Below are positions 50,732 through 61,049 of a stretch of DNA of 64,000 nt, in pieces; position 1 is the stretch's first letter; every line of letters begins with the position of its first letter. The notes below the pieces were generated by a model. That model searched no databases. It saw only the letters and a list, made by a program, of their open reading frames with translations, and was not told the DNA's origin. Source of the DNA: Candidatus Taylorbacteria bacterium RIFCSPLOWO2_01_FULL_48_100 (GTDB lineage Bacteria; Patescibacteriota; Minisyncoccia; Phycocordibacterales; UBA10002); the NCBI GenBank assembly GCA_001821135.1, contig MHSA01000011.1:3042-67041 (forward strand), written 5' to 3'. A program made the translations under genes and the position numbers.

Positions 50732-51583
50732 TCATACACGAACAAACCGGTAATCATATGTACGAGATGTACCTTTTTGACTCTTTTCGATCATTTTTAG
50801 ACCCGCGTTTTCAATCAAGTCTACAATCTGAATACACCCCTCGTCTTTCTCGTCTATTTCTACCTGAATTGTCTTTAAGTACGGACTTTTAATAACATCA
50901 TGTGCACCCCTTATGACTTGCAATTCGTGCCCGTCCACATCAATTTTCATTATTGTTGGATATGGAAGATTTGCTAGCCGCACTAAGTCATCCAAAGAAT
51001 ACGCTTGTACAAGATGTGAAAAACAGCAGTTTAAGGTCGGATTCATATTAACTCCTGGATGTACAGCAGATCCAGCTCTTAAAGTTCCATACGAAAAGTA
51101 AGTAAGACGGGTTGCATCTGATAGTGGAAACGGTATTGGAAATATTGTTTTCATCTTGTTTAAAAAAATATTTTCACATAAGACCGCAAAAGTACACTGA
51201 CCCGGTTCAAAAGAATAAATAGGAATGGCGATTTCGGATAACATTAAAGCGATAAACGAATACGCCCCGATGTTTGCACCTATGTCATAAAAAACTGAAT
51301 TGGCCGAGATATTTTTCTCTAGCCACCGTATCGTTGCAGGCTCTTTTTTATACGCTCGTAAATATTTATACGCAATAGTTGACGATACATTCATTTTTAT
51401 TACCCTGTTTTTATAATGAAGATTGCCTATGGGGGGGGTATGAGTCGTTATATACGATTGAGTATAAAGAGGTAACACACTCCATAATCTACCAACGAAT
51501 GCAGATAGGATATTTTTAATACCACCATATATTTTCCACAACGCCACCTGTATTTTTTTGATTTTCTTCATTTTCATACACAC
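50732..51583 (-). CDS. FkbM-family SAM-dependent methyltransferase, in a locally AT-rich segment
   Basis: SVFYDIGANIGAYS motif I. The region is visibly AT-rich relative to its flanks. The start could be the internal M at 51394. Confidence 0.6.
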   Translation of the reverse strand: MCMKMKKIKKIQVALWKIYGGIKNILSAFVGRLWSVLPLYTQSYITTHTPPIGNLHYKNRVIKMNVSSTIAYKYLRAYKKEPATIRWLEKNISANSVFYDIGANIGAYSFIALMLSEIAIPIYSFEPGQCTFAVLCENIFLNKMKTIFPIPFPLSDATRLTYFSYGTLRAGSAVHPGVNMNPTLNCCFSHLVQAYSLDDLVRLANLPYPTIMKIDVDGHELQVIRGAHDVIKSPYLKTIQVEIDEKDEGCIQIVDLIENAGLKMIEKSQKGTSRTYDYRFVRV

Positions 51584-51620
51584 AATATAAAGATTATAAA
51601 GAGTTCATGGTGTGTCCTTA

Positions 51621-52661
51621 TTACACCACCCCTTCTTTTAGTTTCTCGCGGATTTGTTTGAGGATTTCGGCTTTGAGTTTTGGATTTTCAAGAAGAAAGG
51701 TGCGGGTTGCGTCGTAGCCCCTGCCGAGTTTCGTCTCGCCGTAGGCGTACGAGCCCGCGCCGGCTTTTTGGACAATCCCGTACTTTTCGCCAAGCGCGAT
51801 TATTTCTCCTTCTTCTGAAATACCCTCGTTGTAGAGCAAGTCAAACTCTGTCTGCTTAAATGGAGCGGCGACTTTGTTTTTCACTATTTTCGCTCTTATT
51901 CTTCCGCCGACAATTTCCTCACCTTTTTTAATTTGCGCAATGCGGCGCACATCAATTCGGACGGAGGTGTAAAACTTGAGCGCCTTGCCGCCAGGCGTTG
52001 TCTCTGGGTTGCCCCACATCACGCCTATCTGCATTCGTATTTGGTTGATGAAAATGACAATGGTCTTTGAGCGCGCGACAATCGCCGTGAGCTTGCGGAG
52101 TGCCTGCGACATCAGCCGCGCCTGCTTGCCGACATGCTGTTGCCCCATATCGCCCTCAATTTCGTCTTTGGGGGTGAGCGCGGCGACCGAATCCACGACA
52201 ATCACATCAATCTTTCCGCTTCGCACGAGCGATTCCACGATTTCCAACGCCTGCTCGCCCGTGTCCGGCTGAGAAATGAGGAGCTCGTCTATGTTCACGC
52301 CGATTTTCTTTGAGTACTCCGGGTCCATTGCTTGCTCTGCGTCAATGTACGCGCAAATGCCGCCCAGCTTTTGCGCTTCGCGCACCACATGGAGGGAGAT
52401 GGTGGTCTTACCTGACGATTCAGGTCCGAAGATTTCAATAATGCGACCGCGCGGGAGCCCGCCGATACCTAGTGCGGCATCCAGCCCTATAGAGCCCGTT
52501 GGTACGGCGTTTACATCCACGCGCGGCTTCTCGCCGAGCTTCATAATCGCGTCATCCCCGAATTTCGTCTTAATCGCCGCGATGGCATCTTCAATTTTCT
52601 TATCCGCGCCGGCAATCGTCTTCGGCTCTTTCACTACTTTTTTCTTTGATCCAAATGCCAT
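51621..52661 (-). CDS. recA: Recombinase RecA
   Basis: [34 protein letters not shown], and both L1 and L2 loops. Confidence 0.95.
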   Translation of the reverse strand: MAFGSKKKVVKEPKTIAGADKKIEDAIAAIKTKFGDDAIMKLGEKPRVDVNAVPTGSIGLDAALGIGGLPRGRIIEIFGPESSGKTTISLHVVREAQKLGGICAYIDAEQAMDPEYSKKIGVNIDELLISQPDTGEQALEIVESLVRSGKIDVIVVDSVAALTPKDEIEGDMGQQHVGKQARLMSQALRKLTAIVARSKTIVIFINQIRMQIGVMWGNPETTPGGKALKFYTSVRIDVRRIAQIKKGEEIVGGRIRAKIVKNKVAAPFKQTEFDLLYNEGISEEGEIIALGEKYGIVQKAGAGSYAYGETKLGRGYDATRTFLLENPKLKAEILKQIREKLKEGVV

Positions 52662-52681
52662 AAGTTCTTGTAAATAGATTA

Positions 52682-53026
52682 TTAAATATTATCTGCTGTG
52701 CGATACGCATCAAGATATTTTTCGTTCGTTCTTCCGAAGCGGTCGCTCGCCGCGACTGTAATACTATTATATCCCGGTAAGAGTAGTGCCGTCTCTTGCC
52801 AGAGCCCGTTTTCATCGGTGAAAATCTGTTTGCCATTCAGCGATAAAAACGCAATCCGTTTCGCCTCGCCCCCGATATGTACAAGTGCTCCGTCCTGCGC
52901 GGTGCTTTCAATATAGAGGGAAGGGCCGCGTAAATATTCACGCGCCTGATATGTGCCGTACGACGCAAGTCCGGCAAGAGTGATAACCGCAAGCGCGAAC
53001 GCAAGCCGTGTGCGGAGATTTCTCAT
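52682..53026 (-). CDS. Hypothetical signal-anchored small protein
   Basis: 114-aa ORF between recA and ftsK on the same strand, with an N-terminal TM helix. Confidence 0.4.
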   Translation of the reverse strand: MRNLRTRLAFALAVITLAGLASYGTYQAREYLRGPSLYIESTAQDGALVHIGGEAKRIAFLSLNGKQIFTDENGLWQETALLLPGYNSITVAASDRFGRTNEKYLDAYRTADNI

Positions 53027-55164
53027 ACCGTTTCGGCCGGTTCTGTTGGCGCGATCGGCACTTCGGATTCCACCGCGCCACGTACCATTCGCGGCTTCGC
53101 GCCGTCTGCGGGCCCGATGACGCCGCGCTCCTCAAGAATATCCATTAAGCGCGCGGCGCGGGCGTATCCAACGCGTAATTTCCTTTGCAAGTATGAAGTA
53201 GATGCTTTACCAGCTCGTTCCACTTCTTCTTTTGCCGCTGCGTACAGGTCGTCATCAACATCTCTGTCGTCCGTAAACGCACTCTCCAATTGGTGTGGCG
53301 CGGAGATGTCTTGCACTGGTAGCTCCGCGCCGCCGCCGTCCGGATAGCGCTTTGTCAGAAAGCCCGCCACTTTTTTGACCTCATGTTCTGAAATGTATGA
53401 CGATTGAATACGCTCAGGTTTTGAGCGTTCTCCTGAAAGGAATAGCATATCGCCGCTTCCGAGCAGTTTTTCCGCGCCTCCTGTGTCTAAAATGGTTCGC
53501 GAGTCAATTTGCGAAACGACCTGCAGGGCAATACGGGAAGGAATGTTTGCTTTTATGAGACCTGTGATTACATTGACCGACGGACGCTGAGTGGATAGCA
53601 CGAGATGTATACCGACCGCGCGGCTCATTTGCGCGAGGCGCACCACGGCGGCTTCCAGCTCGCGCGGGTACGAAGACATAATGTCTGCAAGTTCATCAAT
53701 CACAACAACGAGGAAGGGAAGCGGGTCCTGCTTTTCGGGCGCGGGTAGAAATATGTTTTTATGATACGAATCAATGTCGCGGACCGATTCTTGTTCCAAA
53801 ATGTCGTAGCGTCTATCCATTTCTTTCGCGGTCCAGCGCAGGGCTTGTATAGCTTTCTTTGCATCCGTAATAACTGGAGTTAGGAGATGGGGTATGCCGT
53901 TGTAAAGCGTTAATTCAACGCGCTTCGGGTCAATAAAAATAAAGCGGAGTTGTTCGGGAGAATTGCGATAGAGTAGCGACGCGATAAGAGTATGTATGGC
54001 GACGGATTTTCCCGAGCCAGTCGCTCCGGCGATAAGAAGGTGAGGCATTTTTGCAAGGTTGGCGAAGTGGAGTTTACCTGCGACGCTTTTCCCAAGCGCG
54101 AAGAAAAGTTGTTTTTCCGCACTCGCAAACTCTTCGCTCCCAAGAAGGTTTCCGAGCCGCACGGTCGCGCGCGCGGTGTTCGGAATCTCAATGCCGACGA
54201 GCGAGCGGCCCGGAATCGGCGCTTCAATGCGAATGGAGTGTGCGGCAAGCGCGAGCGCAAGGTCGTTTTGCCGCGCGACTATTCCAGTCAACTTTACTCC
54301 CTCGGCTGGTTTTAGTGCGTAACGAGTTACCGATGGTCCAATAGACACCTCATCCATTTCAACATCAATGCCAAAGTTGCGGAGCGTACGCTTAATAATA
54401 TTGGAATTTGCTTTGATGTCTCCAACATCTGGTTTGCCGTGATCACGCTCAAGCATTGAAAGCGGCGGTGGCTCGTACGCTCCGAAGCGCACACGCATTT
54501 TTTTCTTAGGTTCCCATGCGGCTTCTTCCGCTTCTGCAACAAGATTAGGTGTTTGCTCGCTAGTCGTCTCATTTTCGGTTTCAGGATTTTCTTTTTCAGT
54601 TTCATTTATATTATCTTCTTCTACAACATCAGTATCTTCTTCACCGTGTATTTTTATTGGAGGACGCGCGAAGCGCGCGATAAAATTCCATACGCGCGTA
54701 AGCGGGGAGAGCGAAATGCGCACATTAAAGGCGAGCGAGAGCGTTACGAGCGCGATTGCGCCAAGAAGCACAATACTCGCGTAGCGGTCAAACAAAGATA
54801 CGAACGCGTCTGCGATTCCAGCTCCGGCGAGCCCGCCGCGCGACGGGAGTACGAGCTCGGTGAGCCCAAGTGTTGCCGCGATAAAAAGCAGTACGCCCAC
54901 TGTTTTAACAAAAGAAATCTTTTTACTGTCTTCGCTTGAGCGGAATATCGTGATTGCGCCATATAGAAGCGCGAGCGGGAATAGGAAATACGCCCTTCCT
55001 AAAAACGCCTCAAAAGTGCCGAGCAGGAGAGTGCCTACAAATCCCGCTTTTCCGATTCCCGCGAGCACTGCAAAAAGAGCGAGTGCAAAAAGAATTATCG
55101 CGCCAACCCTGCGACCTATTGCCGGTTTAATCCACGGATCAGTTTCTTTTTTTCGTTTAGCCAT
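53023..55164 (-). CDS. ftsK: DNA translocase FtsK/SpoIIIE
   Basis: N-terminal TM helices, a linker, the motor domain with PHLLIAGATGSGKSV Walker A, and a C-terminal gamma (wHTH) domain. Confidence 0.9.
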   Translation of the reverse strand: MAKRKKETDPWIKPAIGRRVGAIILFALALFAVLAGIGKAGFVGTLLLGTFEAFLGRAYFLFPLALLYGAITIFRSSEDSKKISFVKTVGVLLFIAATLGLTELVLPSRGGLAGAGIADAFVSLFDRYASIVLLGAIALVTLSLAFNVRISLSPLTRVWNFIARFARPPIKIHGEEDTDVVEEDNINETEKENPETENETTSEQTPNLVAEAEEAAWEPKKKMRVRFGAYEPPPLSMLERDHGKPDVGDIKANSNIIKRTLRNFGIDVEMDEVSIGPSVTRYALKPAEGVKLTGIVARQNDLALALAAHSIRIEAPIPGRSLVGIEIPNTARATVRLGNLLGSEEFASAEKQLFFALGKSVAGKLHFANLAKMPHLLIAGATGSGKSVAIHTLIASLLYRNSPEQLRFIFIDPKRVELTLYNGIPHLLTPVITDAKKAIQALRWTAKEMDRRYDILEQESVRDIDSYHKNIFLPAPEKQDPLPFLVVVIDELADIMSSYPRELEAAVVRLAQMSRAVGIHLVLSTQRPSVNVITGLIKANIPSRIALQVVSQIDSRTILDTGGAEKLLGSGDMLFLSGERSKPERIQSSYISEHEVKKVAGFLTKRYPDGGGAELPVQDISAPHQLESAFTDDRDVDDDLYAAAKEEVERAGKASTSYLQRKLRVGYARAARLMDILEERGVIGPADGAKPRMVRGAVESEVPIAPTEPAETV

Positions 55165-55198
55165 GATGTAAATAATAGTAGCATATTTAATTTGTTTC

Positions 55199-55346
55199 CA
55201 AATCTCCCACTCAGTTGAGGGGGAGTACTTGAGTCCGTCTAATGCGGACGAATAGGAAGGGTGGGTTCGGGAAAAACACCACCACCTCCCCCAGCACTTT
55301 CTAAAGAAAGTGCTGGGTACTCCTCCTCAATTAATGAGGAGATTTA
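55199..55346. repeat. G/C-rich modular palindromic repeat element, copy E (largest, ~148 bp)
   Basis: AAATCTCCCACTCAGTTGAGGGGGAG ... CAGCACTTTCTAAAGAAAGTGCTGGGTACTCCTCCTCAATTAATGAGGAGATTT. Shares modules with copies B, F and G. Confidence 0.7.
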
Positions 55347-55409
55347 AATATAACACAAAAGAAAAACCGCCGTTCGCAAAAGATGTATGGCGGTTTCTGT
55401 AACATCAGT

Positions 55410-55652
55410 TTATTTGTAGCATTTTTTTTCGTTTGATTTACAAACCTCCTCGTAACTTATCCAGAACACTAAAACAAAGAGTATTGCCGCAAACGCAGGT
55501 AGTGTCCACAGTGTTCCCTCAAAAGAGAGGAATAAAAGACAACCCAATAAAAGCAGCAAAAACATTTTCGGTTTCCTTATCACCGCAATTGCTATGCTAA
55601 AGGCATCTTTTATGTTTTTTCGATTATTCTTCATAGCGTCCACTTTCTTCAT
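55410..55652 (-). CDS. Hypothetical small membrane protein flanked by repeat copies E and F
   Basis: 80-aa ORF with one or two TM helices. Confidence 0.35.
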   Translation of the reverse strand: MKKVDAMKNNRKNIKDAFSIAIAVIRKPKMFLLLLLGCLLFLSFEGTLWTLPAFAAILFVLVFWISYEEVCKSNEKKCYK

Positions 55653-55721
55653 TACACAAAACTGTCCAGTAAAGAATATACACTACACCGTTTATCGCGT
55701 CAACATTTTGTATATGTTCCA

Positions 55722-55751
55722 AAATCCCCTCCTCAACTGAGGAGGAGATTA
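55722..55751. repeat. Palindromic repeat element, copy F (AAATCCCCTCCTCAACTGAGGAGGAGATT)
   Basis: Minimal module also present in copies E and G. Confidence 0.6.
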
Positions 55752-55813
55752 AAGAGAAGCACCTTGCCTTGCTCACCCTTCTGTTTCCCATCGCAAAAAA
55801 CGCTTGAAAGAAC

Positions 55814-56650
55814 AAATGTCTTTTATGTATAATACAAATGTCCTTTATAAATGTCCGTTAGATTTTATAAACGACATTCATATATGTATAAAAAGAGCAT
55901 AAAGGACATTAGAAGAAATACAAATGTCCTTTATAAAAAGACAGAATATCCCGATATGTCCTTTATAGGCGGAGAGTACTTGATTTTCCTTGTTAAAAAG
56001 GTAGAAAACTTTGTTCGCGCTATATACCTAATAACAAATTTTCTATCGGACAGTGAGCCGTTAAAATGGAGATTACGGACAATCTCAACTGAATTAATTG
56101 ATAAGTTAATGTCCTTTATAAAAAGTGAAGTAAATCAAGTGAATATTCGTTTGTACCGCGCGGACTTTTTAGGGTGTCTCTCCGGTATTGTATCTCTGTT
56201 GAATGTAGGAGAAGAGGGCGGCGTTATTTCTGAAGCGAATGTTGCGCTTCTAAAGAGGGAAATACAAAGCTTTTTCCCCATTTTTAATGAGAGAATCTTT
56301 GTGATGCGCAAGGACGATATTGAAAATCTTCCGCTTGCAAAAAATAAAGAGGCGTCTTTTCGGCACAAACCTGCGCGCGGAAGACCCCGTCTTATGCGGA
56401 GGTTGTCCGTTAGAAACACTGAAGATGTTTTAATAAGTCCTATACAGGATTCTGATAACATACAAAATGTCTTTTATAAACATAAAGGACAAGACAATGT
56501 AAGCGTTCGTAAAAGAAATAAAAGAACAAGAAACATAGAAGACATAAGGTCAAAACTGCGCATCACTCGCCAGAAATCAATTATGGATATTCTAAAGGAC
56601 AAAAAGAAGTTAACAATTCGTGAGTTAATGTCCTTTATAAAGGACTGCGG
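55814..56650. repeat. Iteron-like array: at least 8 copies of ATGTCCTTTATAAA (and its inverse ATAAAGGACAT) in the promoter region and within the coding sequence of the 55851-56774 gene
   Basis: Copies at approximately 55819, 55838, 55898 (inverted), 55924, 55957, 56109, 56468 with adjacent inverted copy 56481, 56593 (inverted, partial: TAAAGGACAAAAAG) and the perfect palindrome GTCCTTTATAAAGGAC at 56631. Confidence 0.7.
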
Positions 56651-56774
56651 TGAGAAAACACTTCAGCGGGATTTATACGAATTGTCCGATAAGGGCGTGT
56701 TAAAAAAAGAGGGAGAAAAAAGGTGGAGTGCTTATTCTTTTGTTCAGCCGCTTCTATTATTTGATGGAAAATGA
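55851..56774 (+). CDS. Hypothetical DNA-binding protein with a C-terminal winged helix-turn-helix; the coding sequence itself contains the iteron motif (MSFIK peptide repeats)
   Basis: The C-terminal SIMDILKDKKKLTIRELMSFIKDCGEKTLQRDLYELSDKGVLKKEG is a DeoR/MarR-like wHTH. AT-rich gene. Confidence 0.5.
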   Translation: MSVRFYKRHSYMYKKSIKDIRRNTNVLYKKTEYPDMSFIGGEYLIFLVKKVENFVRAIYLITNFLSDSEPLKWRLRTISTELIDKLMSFIKSEVNQVNIRLYRADFLGCLSGIVSLLNVGEEGGVISEANVALLKREIQSFFPIFNERIFVMRKDDIENLPLAKNKEASFRHKPARGRPRLMRRLSVRNTEDVLISPIQDSDNIQNVFYKHKGQDNVSVRKRNKRTRNIEDIRSKLRITRQKSIMDILKDKKKLTIRELMSFIKDCGEKTLQRDLYELSDKGVLKKEGEKRWSAYSFVQPLLLFDGK

Positions 56775-57275
56775 GTTAAATAATTGACCATTTTTTGTGT
56801 ATATGCGATACTTATCGATGTGGATTCACGCGGGTTTCTACAAGAAACCTTTAGTTATCCACACATATATTTTGCGCATAAAAACTATGCGTCTTATAAT
56901 GTTTTATCAGCCCTTTGACAATTTAATAGTACACAGGTAAGATAGACAAAGTTGCATTGCGCCATATACCATTAAAACGACATTGCGCACATGCTTGTTA
57001 CGAAAGTAGTAATTATTCACCTTACCAACAATCCCTTTTTGTTTCTGTTGGCGATGACAGAAACCAAAGAAAAAGGGCGTTGGACCCGCATCATTTTTTT
57101 TATAAAAAAGTGATACTGGGTGCCAAACCGCTTTGAGCGTGTGCGCGTCGAACGCGCGCGCTCCGCAGTTGCGGTTTATAGAAAAAATCGTAGTTTGTTT
57201 TTCGGCATTATTGTTTTTTTATTAATAAATACCGAAAAGCAAATTATCCCTTAGTATTAATTTTTAGCTTTATTT

Positions 57276-60200
57276 ATGGATACCATTATTACATCCAAGA
57301 CAAAATGGCTTGCAGTAGGACTTGTGGGTGTGGGAGTGGCGGCGGTTCTCTTTGCGGGTGCGTTCGCTCAAACAGCGAGCGCGCAAAGCTTGACGCTCAA
57401 AGACCTGGTGGAACTTTTCATCAGCTTGGGCATCATTGCTCCTGACAAAGCGGCACAGGCGCGCACAGCGGTCTCATCACCTTCTACTACCGTAAGCACG
57501 ACATTTACCAAAAACCTCACTGTCGGTTCTACCGGTAGTGATGTGAAGGCGCTTCAGCAATTCCTTAACGGTAAGGGATACACTGTGGCTTCTTCGGGTC
57601 CGGGTTCAGCTGGGAACGAATCAATGTATTTCGGTCCGGCAACTCGGGCGGCTCTCGCAAAATATCAGGCGGCACAGGGTATTTCCCCGGCAGTCGGATA
57701 TTTCGGTCCTGCCACTCGTGCCAGTGTTAATTCAATGACGGGCGGCACGCCAATAACTACGCCAGGCACGACACCAGGGACATCTCCGGTTGTCACGGTT
57801 CCTGCGGGAACGGGGCTTGTTGTATCTTCAACGGAACAGCCGGCGGCAGGTCTTGCGCCTGAAAACGCAGCGCGCGTTCCGTTTACCAAATTCACCCTCA
57901 CCGCTGGCTCAAGCGATGTTGTGGTGAGCAACTTGACGATTGAGCACTCAACTTTGGCGGGAGATGCGATATTCTCCGGCGTTATTCTCCTTGATGAGAA
58001 CGGCACGCAAGTTGGTGTTTCCAAAACCTTCAATTCCAATCACCAAGCAACGCTCGGCGAAGCATTCACGGTGAAAGCGGGCACTTCCAAAATGATGACG
58101 ATTGCCGGCAACATGGCGGCAAACAACGATGCGCGCGCCGGCGAAATCTCAAGCATTAAACTGCTTGCGGTGAACACCTCGGCGACAGTATCGGGCTCGC
58201 TACCGATTTCAGGCGCATCGCATACGGTCAACTCAACGCTTGCGCTTGGTTCTGTAACGAACGAGCGCGGTCCGCTTGACCCGAATGCGGCAGTTAACAA
58301 GAATGTCGGCGTAACAGGGTACACTTTCTCGTCTATCCGAGTTACTGCCGGTTCGCAGGAAGACATCCGCATTCATTCCATTCGTTGGAATCAGGCGTCT
58401 TCCGTTGGCGCATCCGACCTTGCAAATGTGAAGACAATTGTTGACGGTACTGAATACGCAGCCACGATTTCTTCAGACGGCAAGTATTACACATCAACAT
58501 TCGGAACCGGCATTGTTGTTGCAAAAGGTCTCAACAAGGAGCTTTCCGTGAAAGCAGATATTGTCGGTGGCTCTGGACGCACTATTGCGTTCAATGTTGA
58601 AAAAACAACCGACATCTACATTACCGGCGAACGGTATAAGTACGGCATTACGCCCGCCACATCAGGCACGGGCTTTACGGCAGGCGTAATCTGGTACCCG
58701 GGAAAAACGGTAACGGTTGATACAGGTTCTCTGACGGTTGAAAATGCCACTTCGGTTTCAGCAACCAACATTGCTGTTACACTTGCAAACCAAGCACTAG
58801 GCGGCTTTACGGTTGACATAAAAGGTGAGCCGATTACAGTTGCATCCAGCGCTTTCACCTTTACGACGACCGGCACCGCAACTGCGGGCGGAGATGCACA
58901 AATCACCAATGTAACGCTTGTTGACGAAAACGGCACCGTCGTTGCTGGTCCTTCAGATGTAGGACACACAGGAACTCTAACCTTAGCTGACACTATTCTT
59001 TATAGTGTTGGTAAGAAGGCCTACACACTTAAAGGTAAGGTTGGCTCGGGCTTCGGTTCAAATGGAACGGTTGCCGTAACATTTGTACCTTCAACAGCTT
59101 GGACGACCGTAACAGGACAAGTAACGGGTAAGACGATTTCAACATCGTCAATGACCACATCATCCGTTGCGCTCAGCACAATGACCGTGAAGACCGCATC
59201 GCTTGCGATCAGCGTTTCTTCACAGCCGGCGGCGCAGACGATTGTTGCGGGTGCACAGCAGTTCACCTTTGCGAACATTCAATTGTCCGCAATTGATTCA
59301 GGCGAAGATGTGTCTATGAACGCTCTTCCGCTTGACTATGAATTGGTGTCCGGTACTACCAATGTAACGAGTTGCAACCTGTACAACGGTTCAGTTCAAC
59401 TCACTTCGGGTACGAACACGGTTGACCCGTCAGGCGACGACAATTCCAAGAGCTTTACCTTTGATTCCCAGATAACAGTTCCGAAGGGAACAGTGTTAAC
59501 GCTTGCGGTAAAGTGCAACATCCCGTCTTCAATTACCTCGGGCTCATTCTCGTTCGGCTACAACGACGCTTCGTCTCCGACGGCGACTGGAAAGGTTTCC
59601 GGTTCATCGGTAACGGTAACGGAGAACACTTCAGCTGGACAGACGATTACCATAACGAGCAGCGGTTCGCTCACAGTTGAGCTTTCCGGCCAAAGCCCGT
59701 CATACACGCTCGCGTCAGCAGGAACGACCGACTATGTCGCAAGCATCTTGCGCGTTCGGGCGACCAACGAAGCGGTGCGCATTGACGACCTTGCGCTCTC
59801 GCTCGCGGCAGCAGATGTGAACGCCGCTTCCAGCTCCCTTTCTGATTTGGCGGGCGGTAAAGTAACTCTCTGGGACGGCGTAGACAAAGTCGGCGAGGCA
59901 ACCTTCGTAACAAGCGCGTACTTCAATACAGCTTCTACGACAGTTTCTACCTGCGCTGGCTGCAAAGAGTTCATTGTTCCGAAAGATGAGTACAAGGACA
60001 TCACGGTAAAAGTTGACCTCTCGGCGCAAGGAACCAGCCAAGCAGGCACTCCAGGCGCGTTCGTTAGAGTTGATTACGAGAATGCGCGCGGCACCTTCGG
60101 CGGTATAAAGGGCACCGGTTCGCAGAGCGGCACGAAAGTTACAGGAACGAGTGCTGATACTGCGGCTTCGGGCTTCCGCGTTGTGAAATCGGTACCGACG

Positions 60201-60911
60201 GTGAAGTTTATCTCGCTCCCGACAGGCACTTCGCTTACGGGTGCATCAGACAAACCTCTGTATCGCTTCAGCGTTACAGCATCTCCGAAGGGTCCTGTCG
60301 GCGTGAGCCAATTGACCTTCCGGTTCTCAACTTCATCAGCCACAACGATTATTGACCTTCTGGACAACATCAATGTGAAGGTCTACACCGATTCCGCCTA
60401 TTCAGTGCTAGCAAGCGGCATTCAGACCGACGGCACGATGCAGGCGAACGACCAACCACTTGACAGTGTATGGGCAAGCTCAGATACGGAATTCAAAATC
60501 GGCGCGGCAACTGCGGCAAACGCATCCACGACGATTGAAATTCCATCAGGCGGCTCAAGGTACTTTGAGGTTATCGGAGATGTATCGCTCTCTGGCGCGG
60601 GTACGACCTACTCGGTTACGACCCAACTCCAAGGCGATGCCAGGTTCTACTCAAACATTCTGCCTTATGCAATCGCAACTTCAGCGCCAGCAGGAGGTAG
60701 TGGAGTAACTTCTAATTCCTTCCTTGCGACCTCAACCTTCTTCACGGAGCCGACCTTCCCAGCAACTGACTCCAATAACTTCATCTGGAGTCCGTTCTCA
60801 ACAACAACGATTACGAGCTGGAATGCGAACGACTACTTGAACGGCTACGGCGTATCAGGACTCCCGGCGAGCAACCTTACTCCGCAGACCATAAGCGACA
60901 AAGCGCTCTAA
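57276..60911 (+). CDS. Giant cell-surface protein (1211 aa): signal anchor, a peptidoglycan-binding (PG_binding_1-like) domain, then a long Thr/Ser/Gly/Ala/Val-rich repetitive beta region
   Basis: TFTKNLTVGSTGSDVKALQQFLNGKGY...YFGPATRAALAKYQAAQGI matches PG-binding domain repeats. The remainder is low-complexity beta-rich and S-layer-like. Confidence 0.75.
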   Translation: MDTIITSKTKWLAVGLVGVGVAAVLFAGAFAQTASAQSLTLKDLVELFISLGIIAPDKAAQARTAVSSPSTTVSTTFTKNLTVGSTGSDVKALQQFLNGKGYTVASSGPGSAGNESMYFGPATRAALAKYQAAQGISPAVGYFGPATRASVNSMTGGTPITTPGTTPGTSPVVTVPAGTGLVVSSTEQPAAGLAPENAARVPFTKFTLTAGSSDVVVSNLTIEHSTLAGDAIFSGVILLDENGTQVGVSKTFNSNHQATLGEAFTVKAGTSKMMTIAGNMAANNDARAGEISSIKLLAVNTSATVSGSLPISGASHTVNSTLALGSVTNERGPLDPNAAVNKNVGVTGYTFSSIRVTAGSQEDIRIHSIRWNQASSVGASDLANVKTIVDGTEYAATISSDGKYYTSTFGTGIVVAKGLNKELSVKADIVGGSGRTIAFNVEKTTDIYITGERYKYGITPATSGTGFTAGVIWYPGKTVTVDTGSLTVENATSVSATNIAVTLANQALGGFTVDIKGEPITVASSAFTFTTTGTATAGGDAQITNVTLVDENGTVVAGPSDVGHTGTLTLADTILYSVGKKAYTLKGKVGSGFGSNGTVAVTFVPSTAWTTVTGQVTGKTISTSSMTTSSVALSTMTVKTASLAISVSSQPAAQTIVAGAQQFTFANIQLSAIDSGEDVSMNALPLDYELVSGTTNVTSCNLYNGSVQLTSGTNTVDPSGDDNSKSFTFDSQITVPKGTVLTLAVKCNIPSSITSGSFSFGYNDASSPTATGKVSGSSVTVTENTSAGQTITITSSGSLTVELSGQSPSYTLASAGTTDYVASILRVRATNEAVRIDDLALSLAAADVNAASSSLSDLAGGKVTLWDGVDKVGEATFVTSAYFNTASTTVSTCAGCKEFIVPKDEYKDITVKVDLSAQGTSQAGTPGAFVRVDYENARGTFGGIKGTGSQSGTKVTGTSADTAASGFRVVKSVPTVKFISLPTGTSLTGASDKPLYRFSVTASPKGPVGVSQLTFRFSTSSATTIIDLLDNINVKVYTDSAYSVLASGIQTDGTMQANDQPLDSVWASSDTEFKIGAATAANASTTIEIPSGGSRYFEVIGDVSLSGAGTTYSVTTQLQGDARFYSNILPYAIATSAPAGGSGVTSNSFLATSTFFTEPTFPATDSNNFIWSPFSTTTITSWNANDYLNGYGVSGLPASNLTPQTISDKAL

Positions 60912-60932
60912 ACGAAATAGGCCAACTTGTGT

Positions 60933-61000
60933 CCAGCCCCTTTCTCAAGGGGCTGGAGGCCACCCCCACACTTGATGCTATCAAGTGTGGGGGTTTTCGT
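60933..61000 (+). terminator. Tandem terminator hairpins after the surface-protein gene
   Basis: CCAGCCCCTTTCTCAAGGGGCTGG and CCCCCACACTTGATGCTATCAAGTGTGGGGG, followed by TTTT. Confidence 0.75.
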
Positions 61001-61049
61001 TTTGGTGAAATTGTTTTTTTCTAGAAAAACAGATATACTGATACACATT

